Below, one piece after another: positions 19,892 through 30,180 of a stretch of DNA of 64,000 nt. A model generated the notes under the pieces. That model worked only from the letters and a program-made list of their open reading frames with translations. It searched no databases and was not told where the DNA came from. The DNA comes from Patescibacteria group bacterium (GTDB taxonomy: Bacteria; Patescibacteriota; Saccharimonadia; UBA4664; SCTI01), in the NCBI GenBank assembly GCA_004297735.1, contig SCTI01000002.1:64160-128159 (forward strand), written 5' to 3'. The position numbers and the translations under genes are program-made. Each line of letters starts with the position of its first letter. Positions within the stretch are counted from its first letter, which is position 1.

Positions 19892-20806
19892 ATGGATGAC
19901 CACCGAATCGTCTTTTTTGGCACCAACGACGTTGGCGTTCCGGTTTTGGAGCACCTCATCGACGCCGGCTATGATCTGGTAGCGGTTGTTACTAAGCCCG
20001 ATGCGCCCAGCGGCCGCGGACGCGAGCTAACCGCCCCCGAAGTTAAAACCATTGCCGAAAAAGCCGGCATTCCGGTGCTCCAACCAGAGCTGCTGGATGA
20101 TGATTTTGTGGAAGAGCTCCGAGACCTTAGCCCGACCGTTGGCATCTTGGTGTCCTATGGCAAGATCATCCCCGAAGAGGTGCTCGACCTATTTGAACCT
20201 GGCATTATCAACATTCACCCCTCGTTACTGCCTAAGTACCGTGGCTCCTCCCCCATTGAGCAAGCCATTTTAAACGGTGATAAAGAGACCGGTGTCAGCT
20301 TAATGCTCCTCGATGAGGGCATGGACACCGGTCCGGTTTATTTAACCGTTAAAGCTCCATTAACTGGGACCGAAACCAAACCCAAGCTATACGACCAGCT
20401 TAGTCAGCTCGGTGCTATTACCCTAGTCGAGCACCTCGAGGACATTTTGGGCGGTGATTTGTCGGCCACCCCGCAAGATGACCAAGAGGCCACCATCGCC
20501 CCGCGCATCAGCAAGCAAGACGGCTTGATCGACTGGAGTAAACCAGCTACCCAACTGGAACGCGAGGTTCGAGCTTACCTGGGCTGGCCCGGCAGCCGCA
20601 CCACTCTGTTTGACCGCGATGTGACCGTAACGGCAGCAAGTGTTGAGGAAGATAGCGATACCAGCCTGGCTCCCGGTGAGGCCAAGCCGGTTTATGGCAG
20701 CATCGAGGTCGGTACTGGCAACGGTATACTCAAAATTGAACGCTTACAGCCAGTTGGCAAAAAAGAAATGACCGCGGCAGAGTTCCTGCGCGGCCTTCGT
20801 TTGTAG
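19892..20806 (+). CDS. fmt: Methionyl-tRNA formyltransferase
   Basis: NIHPSLLPKYRGSSPI, MDTG; follows def. Confidence 0.96.
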   Translation: MDDHRIVFFGTNDVGVPVLEHLIDAGYDLVAVVTKPDAPSGRGRELTAPEVKTIAEKAGIPVLQPELLDDDFVEELRDLSPTVGILVSYGKIIPEEVLDLFEPGIINIHPSLLPKYRGSSPIEQAILNGDKETGVSLMLLDEGMDTGPVYLTVKAPLTGTETKPKLYDQLSQLGAITLVEHLEDILGGDLSATPQDDQEATIAPRISKQDGLIDWSKPATQLEREVRAYLGWPGSRTTLFDRDVTVTAASVEEDSDTSLAPGEAKPVYGSIEVGTGNGILKIERLQPVGKKEMTAAEFLRGLRL

Positions 20807-20908
20807 GGCGTTTTCGTTCCGCCCTGTTTCTATATCTCTATTATAGAGTAAGCTTTTCGACCATTACAAGACTTGTTCTTATCTGGCAATGCGCCTATCC
20901 TTAGAATC

Positions 20909-22660
20909 ATGAAAAATATTATAAAAGTCTTTGGCTACGTTCGGCACATCAAGCGCTACATGATCATACTGGCTCTACTTGGCCTCGGAATGTCGCTGCT
21001 TAACGTTATTCAGCCTTATATATTTAAGGTAATTGTTGATGAGCTTGTTCGTTCAACTAGTGACCCTAGCTTTACCCCTCAAATAATTTGGTACTTGCTT
21101 GGCGGACTGTTGGTGTTGCGCATTTTTTCTTCGGTAATAAACTACTTTAATAACATCTACGGCAACACTGTCTACCTTGGTTTTGTAAAAGATTTACGCC
21201 AAACTATTTTAGCTCACGTTACCAAGCTATCAATTGACTACTTCGAAAAAAGCCGCACCGGAGCAGTTATGCAGCGAGCTACCGGCAACTCCGCTGAGAT
21301 CGCCAATTGGTTCTACAACAGCGCCAGCAACATACTTGGGCAGATTTTAAGCACACTATTAGCTCTGTCTTTGATATTTTTTGTAAGCTGGCCGGCTGGC
21401 TTACTGGTTCTGGTGGGGGCAGTCTTGTTCTACAGTCAGCAAATACCAGTCATGCGTAAATACCGGCCAATCGGCACTCAAATGCAAAAGGCTATGGAGC
21501 GGTCACAGGGATACGTTCAAGAAACTATAGCTCATATCGCAACGGTTCGTAGTTTTGGCGGCGAGTCAGGGGCGCTTAAGAGGCACCTTGAGGCTCTCAC
21601 TGAATGGGGAGATCTATTAATAAAGCGTGACTCCGCCATGGAGCGCAACGTACTCCTAAGACAGTTTACGATTAGTCTAACTCTGGTTGGAGCGGTAGCA
21701 ATTGTGGCTTATGGCGCCGTTAACGGCTACCACACAACCGGTGACATCCTCCTCATCTCTTTATATGTGCAGCAGATTAGCGGCAGCTTATGGCCACTTG
21801 GCCGCTTTTACCTTAGCGTACACGAAACCGATATCACCGCGGAGCGCATCGTTGAAATGCTAGAAACTCCACCAACCGTGGTGGATGCTCCAAACGCCAA
21901 GGAATTGACTGAGATTACAACCGTCGAGTTCAAGAATGTTAGCTTTAAGTACCCGGGCAAGCGCAAGCTCACCCTAAACAAGGTTTCGTTTAAGGTTGAG
22001 CCGGGCCAGACGCTAGCCCTGGTGGGCCCGAGCGGTACCGGCAAGACAACCGTGACTAAGTTGCTGCTGCGCTTTTACGATGTGAGCGATGGCGCGATTT
22101 TAATTAACGGCACAGATATCCGTGAGTTTACTCAAGAGTCACTGCGGCGCCACATGGGCGTGGTCATGCAAGACGTGGCCCTGTTTAACGACACGGTTGA
22201 GGCCAACCTGCAGCTGGCACGGCCGGAGGCGACCTCGGCGGAAGTGCGAGCGGCGGCCAAGCAGGCTCATGCCAGCGTGTTCATTAATAAGCTGAGTGAG
22301 AAATACCAGACGCTGGTTGGCGAACGCGGGGTTAAGCTGAGTGGTGGCGAGAAGCAGCGGGTGGCGATTGCTCGCGCCATATTAAAGCAGCCGCAGTTGA
22401 TTATTTTGGATGAGGCGACCAGCGCACTGGACAGCGAGAGCGAACAGCAGGTACAAGCCGGCTTGCAGGAGCTGATGCAGGATCGGACCGCGATTGTGAT
22501 CGCTCACCGCTTGAGCACCATTATGGGTGCTGATCAGATTGTGGTGATGAAGGACGGTGCGGTGGCTGAGACCGGCAATCACGACAGCCTGTCGGCGAAG
22601 CAGGATGGTCTATACGCCAAGCTGGTCAGCCTGCAGCGCAAAGGGTTCGTAAAAGGCTGA
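20909..22660 (+). CDS. ABC exporter, fused permease/ATPase
   Basis: TM N-domain, GPSGTGKT, LSGGEKQR, LDEATSALD; start ATG 20909. Confidence 0.93.
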   Translation: MKNIIKVFGYVRHIKRYMIILALLGLGMSLLNVIQPYIFKVIVDELVRSTSDPSFTPQIIWYLLGGLLVLRIFSSVINYFNNIYGNTVYLGFVKDLRQTILAHVTKLSIDYFEKSRTGAVMQRATGNSAEIANWFYNSASNILGQILSTLLALSLIFFVSWPAGLLVLVGAVLFYSQQIPVMRKYRPIGTQMQKAMERSQGYVQETIAHIATVRSFGGESGALKRHLEALTEWGDLLIKRDSAMERNVLLRQFTISLTLVGAVAIVAYGAVNGYHTTGDILLISLYVQQISGSLWPLGRFYLSVHETDITAERIVEMLETPPTVVDAPNAKELTEITTVEFKNVSFKYPGKRKLTLNKVSFKVEPGQTLALVGPSGTGKTTVTKLLLRFYDVSDGAILINGTDIREFTQESLRRHMGVVMQDVALFNDTVEANLQLARPEATSAEVRAAAKQAHASVFINKLSEKYQTLVGERGVKLSGGEKQRVAIARAILKQPQLIILDEATSALDSESEQQVQAGLQELMQDRTAIVIAHRLSTIMGADQIVVMKDGAVAETGNHDSLSAKQDGLYAKLVSLQRKGFVKG

Positions 22661-22787
22661 GGCATGCCCCTCGGCCCTGTTCGTATCTGGGTTTGCCTTG
22701 AATTTATGCTCAAATATGCTACTATGTGGTATCGCTGGTAAGCGCTAGGTAGGGCTTACACAAACTTCGACACTTGGAGATGGTCAC

Positions 22788-23135
22788 GTGACCGTTTTGG
22801 GATTTTGGAGCAACCTGATGCTGAACGAAGAGTCGGGGTTCGGATGGCAGCTCATCAACCTGATCATCGGCGGTGGCTGCGTCTTCCTGGCATGGTTCTG
22901 GCAAACCAAGTTCCCGGCTGGATTCAGCCGGCTACAGAACGTGATCAAGGAGCTGTACCGACCACTTGACCCAAATGACGACCCGGCAGAGGTTCGGGCG
23001 GAGCGCGTCAAGATGATCAACGAAACTGCTAAATTGACCGCTGGACGTGGTACCGCTCGGTCAATCTTAGTTTTCGCGGTAGGAGGCATTGGTGTCGCCT
23101 TCATCACCACGGTGCTCAACAGCGCCTTCAATTAA
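22788..23135 (+). CDS. Orphan two-TM membrane protein
   Basis: GGAG SD, GTG start, two hydrophobic segments, downstream hairpin at ~23140-23176. Confidence 0.65.
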   Translation: MTVLGFWSNLMLNEESGFGWQLINLIIGGGCVFLAWFWQTKFPAGFSRLQNVIKELYRPLDPNDDPAEVRAERVKMINETAKLTAGRGTARSILVFAVGGIGVAFITTVLNSAFN

Positions 23136-23254
23136 CCTGACCCGCCACAACGTATAAGTAAGTGCGTTGTGGCGGGCTCCCACATTCACGTTGCATAGAA
23201 GTATGTTATTATATGTCTTTCTCCTGAAAGTAACTCAAAAAGAAGGTAACTACC

Positions 23255-23890
23255 GTGAGCAAAACCCTGCTCATCGTTGACGCCCCAAACATCAATTCAA
23301 CCGTGGCTAGCTTCCTGAGTGTTGTGTACCGGCAGCAGGGCTACATCCCGAAATCGTATGAACTACCTCACTACGAAGCGCTCATCGCTTATTGGTCACG
23401 ACCGGAGTCTGAACTCATAGCCTGGTTGATGGCCAATGTTAATCCAGGCCAGGCTGAAAGTCGCTGGCTCGCCTGTGCACGCAACGGAGGCTTTAGCGTA
23501 ATCACTAAGCCCAGATCCGTGGTCAACGGAGAGGTCGACTTCGATATAAATCCATCGGATATTGACGAAGAAATGGTAGCTCGCTTCAAGCAAACGCTTT
23601 GGAACGAACCGCTAGATCGAGTGATCGTGGTCTCCCACGACGGCAAGCGATGGCGAACGCTGTTAATGCTTGCTCGGCAGCTCGGCTTTAATGTCATCGT
23701 CATGGGGTTTCGCGAAGCCTCAGAGTGGCAAACGGTTGGTGCCTCCAGCAATCTCTGGACCTTTGTCGACCTACGTCGAGTCTCTGGCTTCATCGACGCA
23801 CCGCTCCCCGAGGTACCGCCCATTCGCCAGCCCATACAGCTCCTAGATCAGATGGAGCAGCTCCTCTGGCCTCCCGAGCACTCCGCTTAA
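23255..23890 (+). CDS. NYN/LabA-family PIN-fold nuclease
   Basis: LLIVDAPNI, KP..., SDIDEEMV, VIVVSHDG, VIVMGF, FVDL acidic-residue pattern. Confidence 0.75.
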   Translation: MSKTLLIVDAPNINSTVASFLSVVYRQQGYIPKSYELPHYEALIAYWSRPESELIAWLMANVNPGQAESRWLACARNGGFSVITKPRSVVNGEVDFDINPSDIDEEMVARFKQTLWNEPLDRVIVVSHDGKRWRTLLMLARQLGFNVIVMGFREASEWQTVGASSNLWTFVDLRRVSGFIDAPLPEVPPIRQPIQLLDQMEQLLWPPEHSA

Positions 23891-23911
23891 GCCCTCCCTC
23901 GTGGAGGGCTA

Positions 23912-24241
23912 TTACTTTTCTAAAGCTTTATTTTGGCTCTGGTCAAGCACCTCTTGAGCCCCAAAGTGAAGTTCAGCTTTTACCGCGTCGGTTTCGGCGC
24001 GAACAAGCTCGGGGTAAGCCGGATACAGTTCAGCCAACTTCTTGAATACCGCTTCGTCACCATCTTCGACAGCCTCATCTAGCTGCTTTAATTGCTCCTC
24101 GCTTAGCAGATCACTCAGCTTCAACGCCACTCGATTTTGCACCACCTCGGACAGCTGTGCCGCCAGCTCCAACTTCTGCTCTTCGGTGGCCTGGCCGTAA
24201 CCTATATCTTGATAAAACTGATCATCTAGCTTCATGCTCAT
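23912..24241 (-). CDS. Conserved acidic hypothetical protein (DUF5663-like)
   Basis: MKLDDQF..DIG...RVALKLSDLLSEEQL pattern recalled from Saccharibacteria-type proteins. Confidence 0.65.
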   Translation of the reverse strand: MSMKLDDQFYQDIGYGQATEEQKLELAAQLSEVVQNRVALKLSDLLSEEQLKQLDEAVEDGDEAVFKKLAELYPAYPELVRAETDAVKAELHFGAQEVLDQSQNKALEK

Positions 24242-24244
24242 CTC

Positions 24245-26056
24245 CTATTTATACTTGTAAATTGAATTGGTAATATCGGCCTTTTCCAGCCTCCAGTATG
24301 GAACATCTTCATTGGTGCGAAACTCTAGCTTAGGCAGTAGCTCCTGCTTAACTTGAGCCTGATCGGCGGGTGAAAGGCTTTTAAATTCCTTGATATTTTC
24401 CAGGTGCTTACTTAAAACCGTGGCCTTTGAGTCTAAACTTCCACTATCGTAATCCTTAATCACATCCGGATAGCTATGATCTGGGTCGTAGGTAAGCGTT
24501 AGGCGCTTGTCAGCCAGCCCCGCCCCAGGGTAATCCGGTTGCTCCACATGAGATCCACCAAGGCTAACATGCTGCGCCTCGTGTACCGGTGCGTCCGGGG
24601 TTAATGCATCAACAATGCGGGTAGCGCCCGCCGCCAATGCTGCCGCGCTTGCGATCACAACGCCGATCCGATTGACTCGCTTATCGGACTTAAGGCGGGC
24701 AGACTCAGCTTCCATTTGACCAAGCAAAGTCTTACTTAAACCATCAGTGAGATTTCCCTCACTTTCGATATTCTGGTTTAGCTGACTGCTGCCAGCCTCC
24801 GACAAAACTGAAATTAAGGCTTTATCCTCATCGCTCAATTCGGTATCAGGCCGATCGGTAAAATGGCCTAAGGTATTGGCTATTTTTTGAAGATCAGGAT
24901 CATCGCTAACCTCATCTTTATCTAAATAAATACCTTGCTTTTCGGCGGAATCAAGCAGCCCCTTACCCTTCTTCGCCCTCCGGTCCACCATCGCTTCGGC
25001 GCCAGCTTTACCACTTAGGTATGCTCCACCAGCCCGGAGCGCAAAAACCCCGGCTGCAGCCACGCCCAGCCCACTAGCCAACAGCACACCACCACCTACG
25101 CCCATTGCCACACCGGCGCCAATACGTATCTTCTTATTCTGCTGCCACCAACGCACAAACTTAGCACCTGCTCCCAACTGCTTTTCACGAGCCTCTTGCT
25201 CAAGGGTTGAACGCTGCGCCATTTCGTAGGCTAAACGCTGCGTTATGAGTCGAGACTGATCTTCTTTGGTGAAAGCTTCGCCACTGTTAAGGGCTTTGAG
25301 TGCCGCTTCGGCTACCTCATTAATAATTGTTTTGTTAATCTCATTGACATAGGCCGCCTCCAGCTCTGACAGCTCCTCTTTGTCAACCTTGGCAAAGATA
25401 GTCCGGCGTTCATAAGCCCGCATTGCCACCAACTCGGCCCTTGTTCGAACTAACTGCTGATGCTTTGATAAATCGGGGTCATCAAAATCAATGTGAGTGG
25501 CTAGCTCATCTTTATGCACAGTAAATATTCGGTCGTACATGCTTTGAGCCCGCCCCAGCAAGACTTTTGGTGTCCACTTTTTAGATTCGCCGGTTGGTTC
25601 ATTCGACTTTGTCTCATCTGGATTTGGGCTGGCTGGCTGGTTGGTTGTTCCTGCGCCCTCATCTTCTTCAACCTGACGCCTCCAGTCGTCAAGACCATTC
25701 ACTGGCGATGCGTCGGGGTTAGGGAGAGGAGCGGGAGGGTTATCCTGCTGTTCTAGCTGTTGGCGCCAGTCGTCTAGGCCAGTATTGACCGGCTCCGGCT
25801 CACCTTTAATGTGTCGCATAAGAGCTTGCTTTAATTGATTATCGTCCGGTACGAGTAATGTCTCCTCCTGGACGTACTCAAGGGCCTTGCGAGTCGCCTC
25901 GGCGCTATAGGGATGATTATGCAGGTACTCATTAACAGTAGCGCGGAGCTCCCCATTCTCCAAAGCATCAAGTTGCTCAGCCTCAGGGGTGACTGTTTCG
26001 GGACCAGTTTGGGGATGTTGACGCTCCGTCATAGATAGATACCTTACAGGAATCAT
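24245..26056 (-). CDS. Large hypothetical membrane-associated protein
   Basis: 603-aa ORF; disordered N-region with duplicated GLDDWR.Q.E; Gly-rich hydrophobic hairpin. Confidence 0.8.
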   Translation of the reverse strand: MIPVRYLSMTERQHPQTGPETVTPEAEQLDALENGELRATVNEYLHNHPYSAEATRKALEYVQEETLLVPDDNQLKQALMRHIKGEPEPVNTGLDDWRQQLEQQDNPPAPLPNPDASPVNGLDDWRRQVEEDEGAGTTNQPASPNPDETKSNEPTGESKKWTPKVLLGRAQSMYDRIFTVHKDELATHIDFDDPDLSKHQQLVRTRAELVAMRAYERRTIFAKVDKEELSELEAAYVNEINKTIINEVAEAALKALNSGEAFTKEDQSRLITQRLAYEMAQRSTLEQEAREKQLGAGAKFVRWWQQNKKIRIGAGVAMGVGGGVLLASGLGVAAAGVFALRAGGAYLSGKAGAEAMVDRRAKKGKGLLDSAEKQGIYLDKDEVSDDPDLQKIANTLGHFTDRPDTELSDEDKALISVLSEAGSSQLNQNIESEGNLTDGLSKTLLGQMEAESARLKSDKRVNRIGVVIASAAALAAGATRIVDALTPDAPVHEAQHVSLGGSHVEQPDYPGAGLADKRLTLTYDPDHSYPDVIKDYDSGSLDSKATVLSKHLENIKEFKSLSPADQAQVKQELLPKLEFRTNEDVPYWRLEKADITNSIYKYK

Positions 26057-26189
26057 TCTACTTAAGCTTACGGGTATTGTCGAACCAATATGAGATAAAC
26101 ATTCAGGGGATATGTGGTCTGGCCACCGGAGCGAGCTTATGCCCGCCCCGGTGAACCATGTTCGCTAACTGCGCGAACGCGACCTACTG

Positions 26190-27206
26190 CTACCAGCCGG
26201 CGGGATCGCCCATGGGGGCGATCGGGATGGCCGGCTGGGCCGGTGCAGGGGCCGGCACCGCGGGTGCTCCGTCGTCCGGAACTCCCGAGCTGTCGGGCCC
26301 GGTCGGCTCAGCGACATCGTCATCGGTGATGACGATCTTCTTGGCCGCCTTCTTGGCCTTGCGCCGGTCCCGCCATCCCGGCATCGAGTTGGCGAGCGAA
26401 GCCGCGAACTCCGGGTCTTCCGCCAGCCTACTCTTGAGCTGGGCAGACAGACCGTCGAGCCAGCCGTCGTCCTCGGCGAGGGCCCGGCCGACCTCGGTGG
26501 CAAAGGCCACCGGGTCGAGCTGATCGACCCGATCGGACAGAGCGGTCAGCTGATCCAGGAACCCGGGGTCATCCTCGGTGGCCTGGATGGTCTGAGCCAG
26601 CTCATTGAGACTGGTCAGAACCTCGGCCATCTGATCGCCAGACGGCGGCTGGCCGGGATCTCCGGTGCCACCGGCGGGAACCGGAGCGAGCGGCGGGCCC
26701 GGATCGGGGACCAGATCCGCCAGCTCCTTGCGCACCTCGCGCTCCGCCTGCGCCCTTCGGCGCTGCTGGAGCGCCACCTCATCGTCGAGCTCGAGCTCCT
26801 TAGCCCGAGCATCGATCACCCGGTCGGCGGCCTGCCTGAGGGAGTGCTCCCCCGCCTGGCGCTCCCGGCGAACCTCATGTCGCAGCGCGTCGAGCGAGGG
26901 CGGCTGGGGTGCCGTCTGCCGGAACTGGTCCAGCATCGACGCGACAGCCTCCTGAGCGGCCTGGCTGGCGATGCGCTCGGCCTCCTGCCGGGTCACACCG
27001 CCATCCTCGCGCCGCGAACGGCGCTGGGAGCCCTGCCTCGGAGTCGGGGACTCCTCAGCGGCAGGGGTGGGTGCCACCGGCGGTTCGGCCGGCGGAGCGT
27101 CCTGCGAGGGCGCCCCATCCGAGGCCGGAGCCTCGTCGGGGAATGCGTCATCGAGGGCGGAGGCGAGGTCGCCGCCGCCCGTTCGTGTACCGGCCATGTT
27201 GTTCAT
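26190..27206 (-). CDS. Orphan Pro/Ala/acidic coiled-coil protein, very GC-rich
   Basis: ATGA overlap with upstream gene, AGGAGG SD, G/C-ending codons. Confidence 0.75.
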   Translation of the reverse strand: MNNMAGTRTGGGDLASALDDAFPDEAPASDGAPSQDAPPAEPPVAPTPAAEESPTPRQGSQRRSRREDGGVTRQEAERIASQAAQEAVASMLDQFRQTAPQPPSLDALRHEVRRERQAGEHSLRQAADRVIDARAKELELDDEVALQQRRRAQAEREVRKELADLVPDPGPPLAPVPAGGTGDPGQPPSGDQMAEVLTSLNELAQTIQATEDDPGFLDQLTALSDRVDQLDPVAFATEVGRALAEDDGWLDGLSAQLKSRLAEDPEFAASLANSMPGWRDRRKAKKAAKKIVITDDDVAEPTGPDSSGVPDDGAPAVPAPAPAQPAIPIAPMGDPAGW

Positions 27207-28576
27207 GCCTCCTGGGCAGTCGAGTTGAACTTCTTCTGAACCGCCGCCTCAACTTCGACGGCGACCTTCTTGATCACGTGGTTCGGAGCCTTCCCGCCAA
27301 AGTTGGCCTGGAGGAATCCGATCCACGCACGGGGGTCCTGCGCCGCTTCGCGGTTGCCCTTGAAGCTGGGGATGAGCTCACGGATCAGCGCTTGCTGAAT
27401 CCGCTCCTTCCACTGCTCGTCGGTCAGCGCCTCTTCAGCAGAGGAAGCCGGCGACGAACCGTTGACGGTCTGGGCTTGCTGGCCCATCGCTGGAGCGGTA
27501 CGGGACCGTAGTTCGGCCATCCGAGCCTTGAATCCAGCCGTGTCATCACTGACCTTCTCGCCAGCCTGAACCTCCTGTTCAGCCTGTTCCTTTAGCTCCT
27601 CGAAAGAAGCGTGGCGATGCAGGAGCCGCATCACAGCTTGCGTCAGCATGCCGGCGTTACGCGCCGGATAGCCGGCAACCAACATGGCCACCCGGAAGTA
27701 CCAGGACGTGACCGACGAAACCGAGGGATGGTTATCCCGCGAGTTCGTCGAGCCATGAACGTTCTCGTACTTCTCGCGCTGCATGTTGACCTTCAGGTCA
27801 CCCTGAAGAACGCTGGAGTAGCTGACGAAGGCGCCCTCCACCTTGAAGTGAGGGTCATTTTCGGGGTCGTGCCGGTAAGGCATCGATACTTCTGCGACGC
27901 TTAGCTCCGGCAATGCAGCCGTAACCAGCTCCAGCGCTTCTTCCCGACTCAGATCACGAGGATCATCCTTCGGGAAGCCCATGCGCCGAATTGCTTCTTG
28001 CACCATCTCCGGGTGCTTGCTGAGCATGTTGGGCGGATCGCCCAGATCTTGGACTGTGAGGGCCACGATGGGCTCCTCCTTTCCGGCGGGTCGCCCCGCC
28101 CTCTTGGCTTGATCAGGCCGCGCTGAGCGCGGTGCATCTTGGCGAGGACGGCATTGCCGCCTCCAGCTGCGAATCTGAGCACGAAGCTCACCATCCGACA
28201 CCGAGAACAGCGCCTTGGCTACCTCCTCCCGCTTACCCTGATACACAGGATGGCGGATACCCAGGACCCTCATCAGATCCTGTAGGTAATTGAAGAAAGC
28301 AACCTCGATCTCCTCCACCGAAGCGGCGGAAACCGGGCCGTTCTGGTCTTCCGGAACGACGAACTCGTACTTATTCCACACCACCACCCCGCGGTCGCGG
28401 CGGAAGTGAAAGTCCGACTGACGCCTCAGCGCTCGGTGGCGCAGTTGGCAAAGGACCTCCAGGGCTCCTTCTCTGTCGAGCTCAAGAGGATGAATTGAAT
28501 TCAACCCCAAAGCTGCAACAATGAAGGAGTGGTTGTACATCGTTTCTCCGTTGGTAACGGGTCTATCCGATGTCAC
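27203..28576 (-). CDS. Orphan protein, ~457 aa
   Basis: AAAGGAG SD before GTG 28576; long ORF; promoters upstream. Confidence 0.75.
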   Translation of the reverse strand: MTSDRPVTNGETMYNHSFIVAALGLNSIHPLELDREGALEVLCQLRHRALRRQSDFHFRRDRGVVVWNKYEFVVPEDQNGPVSAASVEEIEVAFFNYLQDLMRVLGIRHPVYQGKREEVAKALFSVSDGELRAQIRSWRRQCRPRQDAPRSARPDQAKRAGRPAGKEEPIVALTVQDLGDPPNMLSKHPEMVQEAIRRMGFPKDDPRDLSREEALELVTAALPELSVAEVSMPYRHDPENDPHFKVEGAFVSYSSVLQGDLKVNMQREKYENVHGSTNSRDNHPSVSSVTSWYFRVAMLVAGYPARNAGMLTQAVMRLLHRHASFEELKEQAEQEVQAGEKVSDDTAGFKARMAELRSRTAPAMGQQAQTVNGSSPASSAEEALTDEQWKERIQQALIRELIPSFKGNREAAQDPRAWIGFLQANFGGKAPNHVIKKVAVEVEAAVQKKFNSTAQEA

Positions 28577-28838
28577 GTGCCGCTCCTTTCGCGGTCGTGG
28601 GTTTGCAGTAGATCTCAACAGACTGTATTGGGTGCTTTTACACCACAACATAGCCCATGAATATCTATCTCTATTAAGCTGTCAAAGAGTTATTGCCTAC
28701 AGATATAGGCAATAAAATAATTTATCATATTTTAGTTAAAAAGTCAATGGTTATTGCGAGCATAAGCTCAATAAAAACAAAGGCGGGCGGAGGAGCTGGT
28801 GTGCTCCCCCGCCCGTTTCACCTGCCCGGCGAAGATGT

Positions 28839-29738
28839 TCAGGCCGCGACGGCCTGTTCGTCATTCCGGATGTCATCGCTCAACCGACAGAAAGAGTCGA
28901 GAGCTGCCAGCTTGAGCAGCAGATCCCGGTGGCTGGTCTGATCGTCGGTCGGATTGATCAGCGGACGCAGCAGCTCAGACGGCATGCCGCGAAGTGCCTC
29001 CTTGAGCTCTTTGCGGACGAGCTGCTCTCGCATCACGCAGTACCACTCATGAAGATGAACCCCGCCCCTATCGAGCTTCTCTACGTAGGACTCCGCCAGC
29101 AAGCAAGCAAGCTCTAGCTTTACCAGCTCATCCTCACTGCACTGCAGTACCGCAGTGACGCGTCCGGAAGTCAAGATTTGTAGCTCCGGGTTGGACTTAA
29201 GTGCCTCCAGGAGCGCCCTGTGGTTCTGCCGCAGGGCGTTGGCGCGCGCACCCACCTCTTTGCGGCGAACGATAGTCGAAGCCCACTGGTGAGCCCGTGT
29301 CATCAGATCGAACTTATCGATCGATTCCTCGGGCGAGGCATCTTCAGGGTGCGAATACAACATATCCCGCAAGAGCAAGCTGAGGTCACGCGGATAGGGG
29401 TTCGGATTGCCTAATGGGTACATCTTGACCAGGTTGCGTCGGTAGTACTCCACCATGCCGGCCAGCACCACCCCCAGCACTATCTCAGCTTCTGGGTTTG
29501 GCTGATCGAGGAGGTCCTCTTCGCCTTCGGCACAGAGCGTTGAGTCTACGCCCTGCAGCAACTCCACCTCATGAATAGTGAGGAAATTTTCACCTAGACG
29601 CGGGATGAAGTGCTCGGCGCTCGCACACGCTTGAGGCCACCACCGCAGCTCTTCTGTGCGGAAGTACTCCGCCACCGGATGCTTCTGTTCGAGGGCCGCC
29701 CTGGTTAGGGCAAGACTGGCATCGGTCGTGCTAGACAC
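28839..29738 (-). CDS. Orphan helical protein, 299 aa
   Basis: CCCGAAAGGGGAG before GTG; promoter TTGTAA-17-TAAAGT; hairpin downstream. Confidence 0.72.
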   Translation of the reverse strand: MSSTTDASLALTRAALEQKHPVAEYFRTEELRWWPQACASAEHFIPRLGENFLTIHEVELLQGVDSTLCAEGEEDLLDQPNPEAEIVLGVVLAGMVEYYRRNLVKMYPLGNPNPYPRDLSLLLRDMLYSHPEDASPEESIDKFDLMTRAHQWASTIVRRKEVGARANALRQNHRALLEALKSNPELQILTSGRVTAVLQCSEDELVKLELACLLAESYVEKLDRGGVHLHEWYCVMREQLVRKELKEALRGMPSELLRPLINPTDDQTSHRDLLLKLAALDSFCRLSDDIRNDEQAVAA

Positions 29739-29851
29739 GTCACTCCCCTTTCGGGATTGAACAACAAAGATGTGTGGTGCGCTTGGTGTTCACACCAAGA
29801 TTAAGCGCTACTTTACCACTTTTAAGATGGTTTTACAACCGGATATCAGAT

Positions 29852-30178
29852 CTATAAATCATTCATGATCCGAGCGATGTGCTCGGCGTATTGGCCGCTG
29901 CCATCATGTTTAAAGTGGATGCGTGGCACAAACTTAGTGGTCATGCGGGCCGCTACCGCCCGTTGGATCTGGCTGCGAGCGCCAACCGCACGGCGCATCA
30001 AGGCCTCTTGCTCTTCCTCGGAGTCGGCAATCACGCTCAACCAAACCGTTGCCTGGCGCAGGTCCGGCGAGACATCAACGGTGGTAACGCTCAGCTGCGG
30101 GGCGGCTAGCTGCTCTCGAAGTTCGGCGGCAACCAGCTGTTGCACCAAGCTAGCGACTTTGTCGGTACGTTGACTCAT
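29852..30178 (-). CDS. rbfA: Ribosome-binding factor A
   Basis: VDVSPDLRQATV, KFVPRIHFKHD; follows infB. Confidence 0.93.
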   Translation of the reverse strand: MSQRTDKVASLVQQLVAAELREQLAAPQLSVTTVDVSPDLRQATVWLSVIADSEEEQEALMRRAVGARSQIQRAVAARMTTKFVPRIHFKHDGSGQYAEHIARIMNDL

Positions 30179-30180
30179 AG

